A stretch of 64,000 bases of DNA. Source: Podarcis pityusensis (Eukaryota). The notes beneath the pieces were generated by a model. It saw only the letters and a program-made list of their open reading frames with translations. It ran no database searches and was not told where the DNA came from. Below, one piece after another: positions 1-12,315 of the stretch. Every line of letters starts with the position of its first letter. Position 1 is the stretch's first letter. The position numbers and the translations under genes were made by a program. The DNA lies in assembly GCA_964106645.2 (NCBI GenBank), contig OZ067043.1; one strand, 5' to 3'.

Positions 1-121
1 TCTGCTTGAGTGCAGGAAGCTCCTGCAGCGAATTGGAACCTGCACCTTGGTTTTCAAATGGTTTCAGGAGTCAAACAGGCTCCCGGAACAGATTAAGTTC
101 AAGAACCAAGGTACCACCGTA
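1..121. mobile_element. Right end of a Tc1/Tigger-like MITE, truncated by the window edge
   Basis: ccggaacagattaagttcaagaaccaaggtaccaccgta parallels the right end of the 16300-16531 element. Confidence 0.6.
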
Positions 122-171
122 CTCTTTGGGTCCACCAATCCAGCAAAAGTCTGCAGACTTTATGTATTGCA

Positions 172-316
172 TTTATATGCCACTTTTCCCTCCAAGGAGC
201 TCCAGGCTAAAAGGCAGAGAATGGCCCAGAGTCACCCAGTGAGCTTCATGGCTAAGCGGGGATTTAAACCTGGTCTTCCAGGTCCTAGTCTGACACTCTA
301 ACCACTACACCTTACT
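172..316 (-). mobile_element. MIR/Squam2-like tRNA-derived SINE
   Basis: tggcccagagtcacccagtgagcttcatggc...ggatttaaacctgg...ctctaaccactacacc pattern. Confidence 0.6.
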
Positions 317-3300
317 GGCTTTAGGAAGCCAAAATGATTAATAGAATATATTTCTGACCCTCCCAGATCATAGGGCCTACCAATCAACTCAGTCTTTTCT
401 GGATTCAGCTTCAAACACCTTCTCCACATCCCTCCCTATATCCTGGACAGACACTGCCAAACCAGAATTTTAGGACCCAGGTTGATTAGAGAGAGAAATA
501 AATAATGCCATCAGGACACTCCATTTTCATGATGTTGTCCCATACATCCAGCAGAATAGGATGACAGAGTAAAATGCTACTGGACCTTATAGAAAAGGTC
601 CTGAGAAGATGAGAAGTCACCACCCCTTACCACTCTCTGACTGCCTAGCCTGGACTACTGAAGAGCAGTCCTGCGAACACCTGCCTACTTTTGCAATAAC
701 GCCAACCTCTCATGTGACATTGCTCTTCAATGACAGGTAATCTGCTGTGGCCATAAACAAAGATTCTGATAGTTAACTAGATTGGTCAATACCCAGGACA
801 GAAACTGGAGCAGGCCCATGAACTGCCAAGGGAGGTGGAAACAGCCAACGGACTACTTACACGACCCTAAGGAAGTTGCAGAATGGGCAGGGAGTCAGTG
901 TTGGGAAGCCTACAGATTAATTTCCCCCGTCTTGGAATAGTAGCACAGACAACTTCAGTCTGTGTTAATCCCAACTGGCCTATATAAAAACAAGGTTGAC
1001 TCAAGTAAGCTACCAGAGTTGACATCCCTCAGCATATCCTCTGTACCAGTGGACGGTATCAAGTGTTCCATGAAAATTGAGAAAGACCCCCAAATACATT
1101 TCAGCCACTCTGATGTCATCTCTAAGTTAAGCGCCTGGGTTGCATTTAAGCTTATATTCATAATTATATGTGTATCCTACAACTGTGGAACACTCTTCTC
1201 TCTCTCTGAACACTTGTACCTTATGGCTTTCATCCACATAAATCCACTTACTGTTATCCCCAATGACAATCCAAAGCATTAGAAGTCACTCAGGGCCACT
1301 GTGTACATGATGTTTCTCGGACAGTGATATTGCTTCCATTTGCGGGGGAAAGGCATGTACACTGACTGCCATTGGCAGAAAACACACATACTTAGCTTGG
1401 CACATGCAGTGGGAATCACAGCTGCTTCTGAACACACACAACATGTGGCAAAATAGACAACACGTGCATAATTCACTTATGAATTATGTGCATCATAAGA
1501 ACCTTGTAGGAAAGTGTAAAGTATGCAATGTTCCATAAAAGCGACAATGAACTTGATAAAAAGGACTGAAGGACAACAGGTAATTTTATGGCTGACAGTG
1601 CTTGTCCACACATGAGCAGGCACCTTCTAAATCTCTGCAACTCTCTCTAGGCTTTTAGAGAACCCAACTTGCTCTCCTGGAGGCTCCCCCTCCACATATG
1701 CCACAAACTTTAGGGTTCTCCTTGATTTTTGTAGTAGGAAAGGTAAGCTGTTTGGCTTGGGCAGCATTGTCTGCTAATTGCTCTAACTTCCATTAATAAT
1801 CTTGGCAACATCATGAGACACTTAAGGAAACTTATGTAATGAATCAAAAGTACTATTATGACTGGAGTTTCAAACAAATAAGCATCATTCTAAGCTTTAA
1901 CAATGGTCACCTAAGACAAATTAGGAGGTGGTGTTTATAACGAAGGTTCTTTCCATTTAGCTTCCATTAATTTGTGGGGAGGGGAATGGGGGGGGTGTTG
2001 ATGGATCAATGCCTAGGAAGATTTTGGGGAAATGTCAACCCAGAGCATGCTGGAATGTGTGCAACACAAGAACCAAAGCACAAAGTTCCATAAACAACAG
2101 GCAAAAGATGGGGACATCAATAACATCATATGTCATCATGTTATTGTTCCAAGTGTGTTCTGAATACATGAAGGCTCTATAATTTTGCCCAAAGGTTTTC
2201 ACAAAAATCAAAACCCTTGCTTTCAAGCAAACAAAACAAATTAAAAGTCCATGGTCTTTGTTTCTGAGAGGTGCTAAAATGCAGTTATGAGAAAGGAAGT
2301 TATTATAAAGCATTTAAATCTATTATTTTGAGAAAAAATAATAGCTCCTTGGTAGGCAAAGAGAATGAAGGTGAACACTGTAGAGTCATTACAGAACTGG
2401 CAGAGCAGGTATAACAGCCGTCATGACTTATGAAGGGTTCATAATATGTTGTTATGCATGGTAAATATCTGTTGGGTACAAAGTTTTAAGAGGCTCCTTC
2501 TGCACATGAACCAAAACCTTTGCCAACTGGATTTACTTAGCCAAAAACAACAAAAATTGTCGCCGAATTTGGCCCTGCTGTTATCCACAGGGAAGTGCAA
2601 ATATGCCCAAGGCCGTCTGATCAGAGTCAATAATGCCACATTTTTCATTGCAGTGAAATGGCTAACCTGGCATTCGAATTTGTAACATCAGAGTTGAAGA
2701 AGCCAAAAGGCCTACTTAAGTTCAACCCCCTTTCCATGAGGAAAAACCACTCCTCCACGAACATTTAACTTTAGGAGTTAGCTGGGAAGTTTTTTTCCGT
2801 ACAAACCTAATTGGGATTGATTTGTGTGGCGTTTCATAAACCCCTGAGCTGGCATAAGTCATTGGTAAAATGAAATTATTGGGGGATGCCATGGGAGTTT
2901 TAAAAAAAAACAAACACCAACAACTTAGTAGGAACTTACCACAACAGACAATAGTAAAAGTGGGGAGGAGGATCAGCAACCAGGGCAATAGAGGAGAAAA
3001 CAGAAAGTATTTTGATTAGGGAAAATCCAAAACAAATAAGCAGCATTTGGCAGCAAATAAACAAAACAAAAAAGGTATTTTAAAAACTGGAACTGGGTAA
3101 ATAACATGCAATGGGTATTAAAAGGCCACACAGAAGGAAAAAGTCCAGCAAGAGGAAAGTTCAAGTGCAAAGCAGTGGACAAGAACATAAACCATGGGTG
3201 TGTTTTACCATGCAATAGAACATTACTGAATAATGTTAAAATTGTAACTGATGACAGGATATACTTCAGGGGTCGATTTAGCATCACACACATTGATCAG

Positions 3301-5541
3301 AAAAGATGCTCGCAGGCTGTTGTCCCATTAATGGAACAGCCACAAACTGCCTTTTGCTGTGGTTTTGTGCCAATTTTAACACCACCAGGGAAACCCTTCG
3401 GGGGGAGGTGAATCATGGTGCAGTTGACGGAAGCAACCAAACTGTATGGGTGCCACTTCAAGCAAGCGCTTGAGCTAAATGGAGAGTCTGTGTGACATGA
3501 ACTTTGCCTTTCGGTTAAAGTGGGCATTGTAAAAGGCTGCACGTGCTTGGGCCAGCTCCCAGGTGGTACAAAAAAGCACACCAGCTCCAAAACTGATTTT
3601 GGGTCCCCAAGCCTCTCGTTGCAGATGGCGGGTCATGGAATTAGCACTCTTGATATTACATGCCTTGATGATGCTTTGACTTGTTTGTAATTGCTCTTCT
3701 GAACCAAAGCTCTAAACAAGAGAGCCGGACTCTTATCTGACAGAGCAACATAGTCAGAGAAAATCAGAAGCAGAAATCAGAACTTGTACAGCTTTTGGGG
3801 AGGTGGAATCCAAAAACTATTCACATATTTACTAACAACAACAAGAGAATGCAAAACACACATATTTCAGCTACGTACCAAATTCTTAAAATTCCTTACA
3901 AAATTGGTCTGCGTTGGTGTATATAAAAGATATGTATTTGGAGACACTTCTATTGTTTTTAAATGAGGATGGAGGTTTGATTGGTACATTTTAAACACAA
4001 CTGTAAGGAAATTAGAGGTACTCGAGTCCCACTGAAATCAGAAGGGCTTACATACTTGTGCCCTGTACCACCAATTATTTCAACGGGAATCTGATTTTGG
4101 ATGAGTTCACACTGAGCTTTATGCCATGGTTAACATAAGCCGGGGTTTCTAAACAAAAAGCACACCATGGCTTATTAGCATAATTTGCTTGTGGTTAATA
4201 AACCATGATAAAGCTACTGGGCGGGGTTCAGGCGAGAAAATTAAACCATGATTTATTAAACCATGTCTTAGTGTTATGTGCAAACCATGCCACTCTCAAG
4301 AATGTGCCTGTCCTGTGACAAAAAATGAAGGTGTCCGCGTTCAAACTTATCTATTTATAGTCTTGGATATTTGTTGCAGTATTTTCCATTATAACTATTT
4401 CCCGACAGATAGCCATCTTAGGCCGTTGCAGCAAAAAGAACCAAGAATCTTGAGATGTCTGAAAAATAAATGTGCAAGTCTTTAAGGGGCATGATTATCT
4501 AAAAGGCAGTTGGGCTGGAAATTTGCTCAGTATGATGGGCCATATTAGAACCATATCAGTAACTTCCAAACAGCTAATCAAATAACACAAAAGGGGTCTT
4601 TCTGCTTTTTGTCAAAGTCTGGGCACTAACCACAAATCTCAAAGGCAGAATTCTAAGGTTTCGGGAGGTAGTGCACAGTCCAGGAAGCAAGGGAACTGTA
4701 CAACCTCTAAGCTTGCTTCATGAATCTTAGGAAATCTTTTCAGCAAAACAAAGGCTGAGGCAGAGTCTCTATTTCATATAATTCTCTGTAGACCCTCCCC
4801 CAGTCCATGGGATGATGAAACTGGCATTCTTATACAAGCCAGGGCAAGGTTGGTGGATTGTATCTCCCACAAGATCTTCAAGGATTATTTTCATGGTTTG
4901 GGTCCAGACATACATCAGAATCAGCTGTATCAGGTCACTGAACTGCTGCAGAGGAATTTGAATTTTGTACATCTTGAATTTTGTACAAAAGACTCTATCT
5001 TGGCACCCAGTTGAAGCCCATGACCTAATTCTTAAGAGATTTGAAAGCTGGAACTAAACTCAAGTTCATTTCACTCTTGCTCAGAGCTTAATGTAGCAGA
5101 AGAGTATTAATACTACAGTTATACGTTAGGATACGAGTGAACGTCTTTCTAACGGGAAACAGTTTTTTGCATTCAAGGTCTTTGAGCATTAGAACTTAAA
5201 TCGACCCCTGTGTTGGGGGGTGAAAATATGGTAGGAAGAAATGGTATTCTGTGTCAATATTGATGAGAAATGGAATACAAAAATAACAAACTAGTGATGG
5301 TAAAAAGTGGCTCATTCACCAAAGAACCTCATTAGTGTCATAATACAAATGCATTCATGCACTACCTAAATTGTCTAAAATGACCACAACAGTTTTACTG
5401 ATACTTCTTTGGTTAATTAATTCAGGTCAATAGCAGACAGCAACAGAAATACCCACAGCTAGCACATGTGGGCAAAGCATGGGCAGGAGTCATCATCAGA
5501 CCAATCTATTAGTGTTCTTTACTAACTAAAACATTACCTAC

Positions 5542-5556
5542 CTCCCAGCCAGTACT
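5542..5556 (-). CDS. DOCK7: DOCK7 15-nt microexon STGWE
   Basis: Long U-tract...ttattacgcag|AGTACTGGCTGGGAG|gtaggt; identical to the recalled human peptide IVHQ-STGWE-RMF. Confidence 0.93.
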
Positions 5557-7309
5557 CTGCGTAATAAAAAGTAAAACAAAAAAAACAAAAAACAAAAAGG
5601 TATGTCACAGGAACAAGACCAGCTCCTTTTCAAAGGCCAAAACATAACCATCAACAATAAGGTGCTGTGCACTTGAAATGGCTTAGCTGCCACACATTTA
5701 AGTTAGCCTTTCGTTTCATAGCCCAGAATATTAAGTATGAAGAAGCTCCATTATCGGGCGCTGGAAATCGAATGTAAATGCAAATCCTCTGGCAATCGGA
5801 AATTATTACATTGCATTCACCATTCCAGCCTGAAGTTCAGCTACTGAAACCCAGGTTAGTCCTGCTGGAGGAATTCAGTTTTTGCGCGCTGAACGGCATG
5901 CTGTGGAACACAATTGCAGTTCCCAAGTAATGAATGGCAGTACTCATTTTGTGTCATTGTTGTTTATATCTGTAAAGCAAAATGCAAACCATTCTTCATT
6001 TGTGCTTGAGCTCCAGTTAAAAATAATCATATGGCACAACCAGCTGTCCAAACAGTATCTCCCTGCTAAATTCAGGAAGTAAAAATGTAACCAAAATGGA
6101 AAATAATAGCCTCAATCTAGCAGAGCCTCTGGAGGCCCTGCACAGATGCAAGTGCCCTCATTTATCAGTATATGGACAACAGCTGGCTGTAATTTTGTGC
6201 CCAGGCACCCACTGTTCAGCTTCAAATCCTGGTTTCAAATGCTTAAGGGGGCATGCTTAACATTAGCTTTCATGTTAATTAACCATGGTTAAATTCAGCT
6301 GCCGTTAGCCTGAACTGCCTGGGAATGTGCCTTAAGTTTTGCTTAGAGTCTAATCTGATCCCAGCTGCTGTGGTGCCAACTTGCCCTTGTTTTGGCCCCC
6401 ACATACCATAGAAAATTTAGCTGTTGCACTCATCAACATGGAAGAAGCAGGACCGCATTGAGTCACATGCTCTTCTCTTGGTATCCACGTGTGCTGCATG
6501 AATGTCTGCAGAGAGGGGTCCTTCGTCTCTATAACTATACATGCGAGAACCCCGTCCCACCCCAACATTTGTGCTGTAGATGCAGACAACATGGCAGGGC
6601 ACAGACTGGAGTGTGTGAGATGGGAGAGGGCTGCTTGCAGCAGCCTCACTTCTTCTTCCCATGCTGATGAACATGGGAGCTTTAATGCCTCCACTGGGCT
6701 CTTCTCTTGGCCCATGGAGCCATCTGTCAGTGACACTTCCAGCCCACTTCTCCACACCCAAAAGTAGAGTCATTCATTACTACGCAGCCTCTACAATGCA
6801 GGTCACGGTTTGCACAAGCAGAGAGATGTTGCAGCACCAAAAAAGAGATACCTGCCAAAAAGGTAGCTCAAAATGCAAAAGAGCAAAATTAAATCCCCAG
6901 GCTGTCCAGCTATATATAGCTTTGGGCTGCAATATTATACCCGCTTACTTACAGCTAAGTAACTAATGGGAGTAAACAGGATTGCAGTATGAAAACACCT
7001 TAACTACACTTTCACATGTTGTGAAGTCAGTCTCTAGCCTGGAAAACACAAGCAAGGAATGAATTTGCAGTACACTACATTAGAGTAACCTGACTTAGGT
7101 GAATGGCTCTGGAAAAATTAGGATTTATCTGATTGCTCTCTTTGCCTAGTTTTGCTGATTTTTTACACTTTGCAATATTGTCCACAAGCTCTCCATATTT
7201 TGAATGCTTTGATGACCTGGAAAACAACTGCCATTGAGGTTTCAATGTAACTTGAAGGGAAAATGACACAAATACTTTTAAGGATCTCCACACTACAAGC
7301 AAGAGCCTA

Positions 7310-7450
<141 letters not shown>

Positions 7451-8586
7451 CTACAAAACAGTGTCCATGTCAGGCGGTTTTATCGATCCATCAAAAAAAC
7501 AGACATGCAACAGCCTGAGTACAATATGTTATTAAAATGCTTATATTACAATAATGAAATTAAAACACTTGCTTTGGATTATTTGGTTACTGAGATGGAA
7601 TAAGTAATGCCTGATATAAGTATCAGTCGTGTGTCAGACCTGTGCAAATGTACATTTTGCCAAAAGTTTGCAAGACTCCATGCATCAAAGGCCCATTTAA
7701 ACTTGATGAATACTGATTTAAGACTCCCAGCTCATGTGCTGGTCCATGTGTGAAGGAAGCAGCTAACAGCTTATGTAGCAGCTGTGCTGGGATGCCAGCA
7801 TGTTTGCTTCAGCCCATGGAATGAGAGCCTTTTTAAAGATTATATAAAACTGTGTTCCAATCCACAGACAGAAGCTTCCTAACACTACATGGTCAAGGCC
7901 AACCTTGATGACACAGAAATTTGAGGAACTGTAGTGCTGAACAAGGTTTCATAGCAACTTCTGAATGCACATTCCAGTTGGATCCTGATTTAGCACAGCA
8001 TGTTGGAGAACCAGCTTAGCCATGATTCCAATGGCACAAAATACGTGGGCTGGTTCGCAAGCAACTTGAGTCAATGCTGCTGCCACTTAAACGACTGAAT
8101 TCAGTGCAGCTGAGCAGCTGAAATGCAAATACTGAAGCTTCTATACTTTTCATTGTGCATTTGAGTTGCGCCCAGTGTTTACTTACATGCAGATCAGGGG
8201 TGGGGAACTATTTTCTGGCCTGCATTCCCACCTGGAAATTCCCCATTCCAGCTGTGAGTGTGGCCAGAGGCAAAAGTGGGCGAAACAACTGATGTGATTC
8301 TCACCTGTGTATGCTAGGCTGTATTCAAGCCAGAGGTTTCTATGTCCACATCCCTCCCTCTCTCTCCATTCAAACAAACAAGAGGCTTTATCGCAGCTCA
8401 AGAACACTTGAGAAGAATGCAGAGCAGGTGAGAGGTGGGGTCCAGGGGGAGGGGCCATGTTATGAGAAGGGGTGTGGCCTGGGGATAATCCAGAGGCCTG
8501 CATTTGGCCCTCAGGCCTGTGGTTCCCCACCCCAATGCAGGACACTGATCGTATATACTATGCAACCATAAGGGAGTACTGTACTA

Positions 8587-8826
<240 letters not shown>

Positions 8827-8916
8827 TCATTCATCACCAGGTTCAGGCAATGCTCTGCTGCAAAGTCTGAAACCAAAGCAGCTTCCATTCTGCCGAAGTC
8901 CTACTCTAATGGAACA

Positions 8917-9046
8917 TGTTGTTGTTTTTTAGTTGTTTAGTCATGTCCGACTCTTCGTGACCCCATGGACCAGAGCATGCCAGGCACTCCTGTCTTCCAC
9001 TGCCTCCCGCAGTTTGGTCAAATTCATGTTAGTAGCTTCGAGAACA
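8917..9046 (-). mobile_element. 5'-truncated Bov-B (RTE) LINE 3' end
   Basis: gttgtttagtcatgtccgactcttcgtgaccccatggac is the reverse complement of the Bov-B 3' terminus with a (CAA)n-type tail. Confidence 0.75.
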
Positions 9047-9398
9047 TAGTAACATGCAATTAAACTTTAGTTTTTTGTTTTTGCTCTACAGAATGTTAAT
9101 TTGAAATACAGGTTTACCCACAAGATGTTATTTTTTTGGGGGGAAAGCCACTGTACCAATGACCCATCCTCTTTGAGAAGAAACATGAAACCAAACTACT
9201 TTAGGAATTATGCAGCAAGTAAACAAGTATGGCAAATTCCTTTGTACATGGCTGGAATTAATAATAGAAAGAGCTTTTAGCCAATGTGTCTTCAATGTAT
9301 TGTACCAGCAGCCAAAGTGGAGCAATGCAATTATATCCCATGAATTTTTGGGAAATGTTCTTTTAATATAGACAACGCTATGTTTTCTGGGGGGCTTA

Positions 9399-9683
<285 letters not shown>

Positions 9684-9744
9684 TCAGTGTATGTTTACTT
9701 ACTCACATTTTCTTAAGACGGCAAAATATCCAGTAAAACTGTAC

Positions 9745-9845
9745 CTGTACATCAAGTCCACAAGCATCTCTGGGTCTTCTTGGTGCTCCTTCATCTTAAC
9801 TGTATCAGACAGGATCATATGGAGGTTGAACACAAGATCTTGGAC
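9745..9845 (-). CDS. DOCK7: DOCK7 exon VQDLVFNL...DLMY(R) (101 nt)
   Basis: cag/gtacag sites; followed by a 90-nt intron. Confidence 0.95.
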
Positions 9846-10055
9846 CTGAAATGGGAGGGAAAGTATCTGAAACAAATATTCTGTGCCAAACAAGGATTTG
9901 TTGGTTACTTCGAATTTGTCTGACAGGAATTCAATTGTGAAAATCACTTGCCATTGTTTATTTTTTAAAAACGAATCGTGCCAGGGAGACATCATGTTCC
10001 CCTCCAGTATTTCAAATTTTGCATTCATCGCCAGTCAATATTTGTTAATTCTATG

Positions 10056-10079
10056 TTCATTCATTCATTCATTCATTCA
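10056..10079. repeat. (TTCA)6 microsatellite
   Basis: Read directly from the sequence. Confidence 0.9.
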
Positions 10080-10593
10080 GCAAAGTTGGACTGAATTATT
10101 TGAGTGGATGAGCAGTTTCTTAGAAATGTCAAGTCAGACTTCGTTTTTTGTTGTTGTTCATTTCACCATTTAATCTGTCTGGTTTTGAACCTTAACACAA
10201 TTATTTATTGTTATTTTATTTTATGTGAGACCTTTTTAGACCAACTTCCATCAGATTGGATTTCAGAGTGATGCAGAGCACAACACAAATACAAAAGAAA
10301 CCCTCACCACAAAAAAAAAAAACAAACTAGGGATATCCAATCTGATGCCCCACAGATGTTGCTGGACTTCAACTCCCATCAGCCCCAGTCAGCACATCCA
10401 TTGGTCAAGGATTATGGGACCTGAAGCCCCCCCCCCCATCTGATTACATGTTCATGTATCACTCCATGTTCACATTCAGGTTTTGCATCATCAGAAATTC
10501 CAATATGGATCAACATCCTATTGAGTCTAAAAGCAAGTAAGCTGAAAATTGTGGGTCTTAAGGAAATAAAACAACCCATACTTATCTATGTCA

Positions 10594-10794
<201 letters not shown>

Positions 10795-11388
10795 TTACTG
10801 CGCCAATAACGTCAGGTGACAACACCAGCTTAATAGGCATCGCAGTCCCAAATCAAAAAGTACAGCAAACACGTTTGATTTTCCTGAAGGGGATCTGGCC
10901 AGAACTCCATCCATCCATCCATATGATTAATTTATAGCTGAGTTGTTTAACTCCAGATTAAAGTGTTCTCCTTTAAAGACGACACAAGCCTTTTGGTCTG
11001 TGTGTGACTATTCCCATTTAAAATATATGACCCTCAAAAAATCAGTGCTCCTCACTTGTCCTCTCTTGCACCAGTTTGAATAAGCATTGCACCCCATGCT
11101 TACAGAAACACTATACCAGGGGTGGGTATCTTCAGGCCAGAGGCCTCAGTGAGGCCCTCCAGCCCTCTCTATTTGGTCCTCTGTAATCCCCCCCCGGCCC
11201 TCACTGGCCCTGCATCACCCTCTTTGTATTTTGGCTTGGATGGAATGTGTCCTTGCGTCTGGATGGAGGACAGAAAGGGATGTGCAATTGTGTACAAAAG
11301 CTAGCCTACTGTACAAATCTAAAATTTAGATTTGTTGCTCCACCCACTTTTCCCTCTTGCCCTGCCCACCATTGGCATGCGGCCCTCA

Positions 11389-11610
<222 letters not shown>

Positions 11611-11710
11611 CTAGAAGGACAGCGCGAGAGACAAGCATTCAGCAGTCGTGGCTGCACCCCAAACACCAACACAAAGTTGAATTAATTGCACCACAATCAT
11701 CGTGGGCTCA

Positions 11711-12046
<336 letters not shown>

Positions 12047-12218
12047 TCAACTTTAGGGCTGTTGCAGACAGAAGTCACAGCAAAGGGAAGCACTGCGAAC
12101 ATGTGCAATGGAGAGAGAGTGGCCATTTCAGAATACACTTTCTACAGGGGGCATTGCTAGTCTTGCCTACTATCCGTTCTTCAGGCATTCAGAGCACTGG
12201 GAAGGTTATCATTCTCAC

Positions 12219-12315
12219 CTGGACTACTATCTCCAAAGTATCCAAAATGATCAGATTTGCTTCCGTTGCCAAGTTGCCATCGATAAGAGCCTCGTGTTCT
12301 ATCTCAGCTCGCGAT
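12219..12315 (-). CDS. DOCK7: DOCK7 exon SRAEIEHE...EIVVQ (97 nt)
   Basis: tag/gtgaga sites, phase 2/0. Confidence 0.95.

Noticed and set aside
1-5541. Search for the DGK alternative and the next RMFGTYFRV exon
   Set aside because: Not found; they presumably lie beyond the left edge of the window.
9696-9706. Cryptic GTGAGTAAGT donors inside the 90-nt DOCK7 intron
   Set aside because: The residual introns of about 50 nt are below the usual vertebrate minimum.
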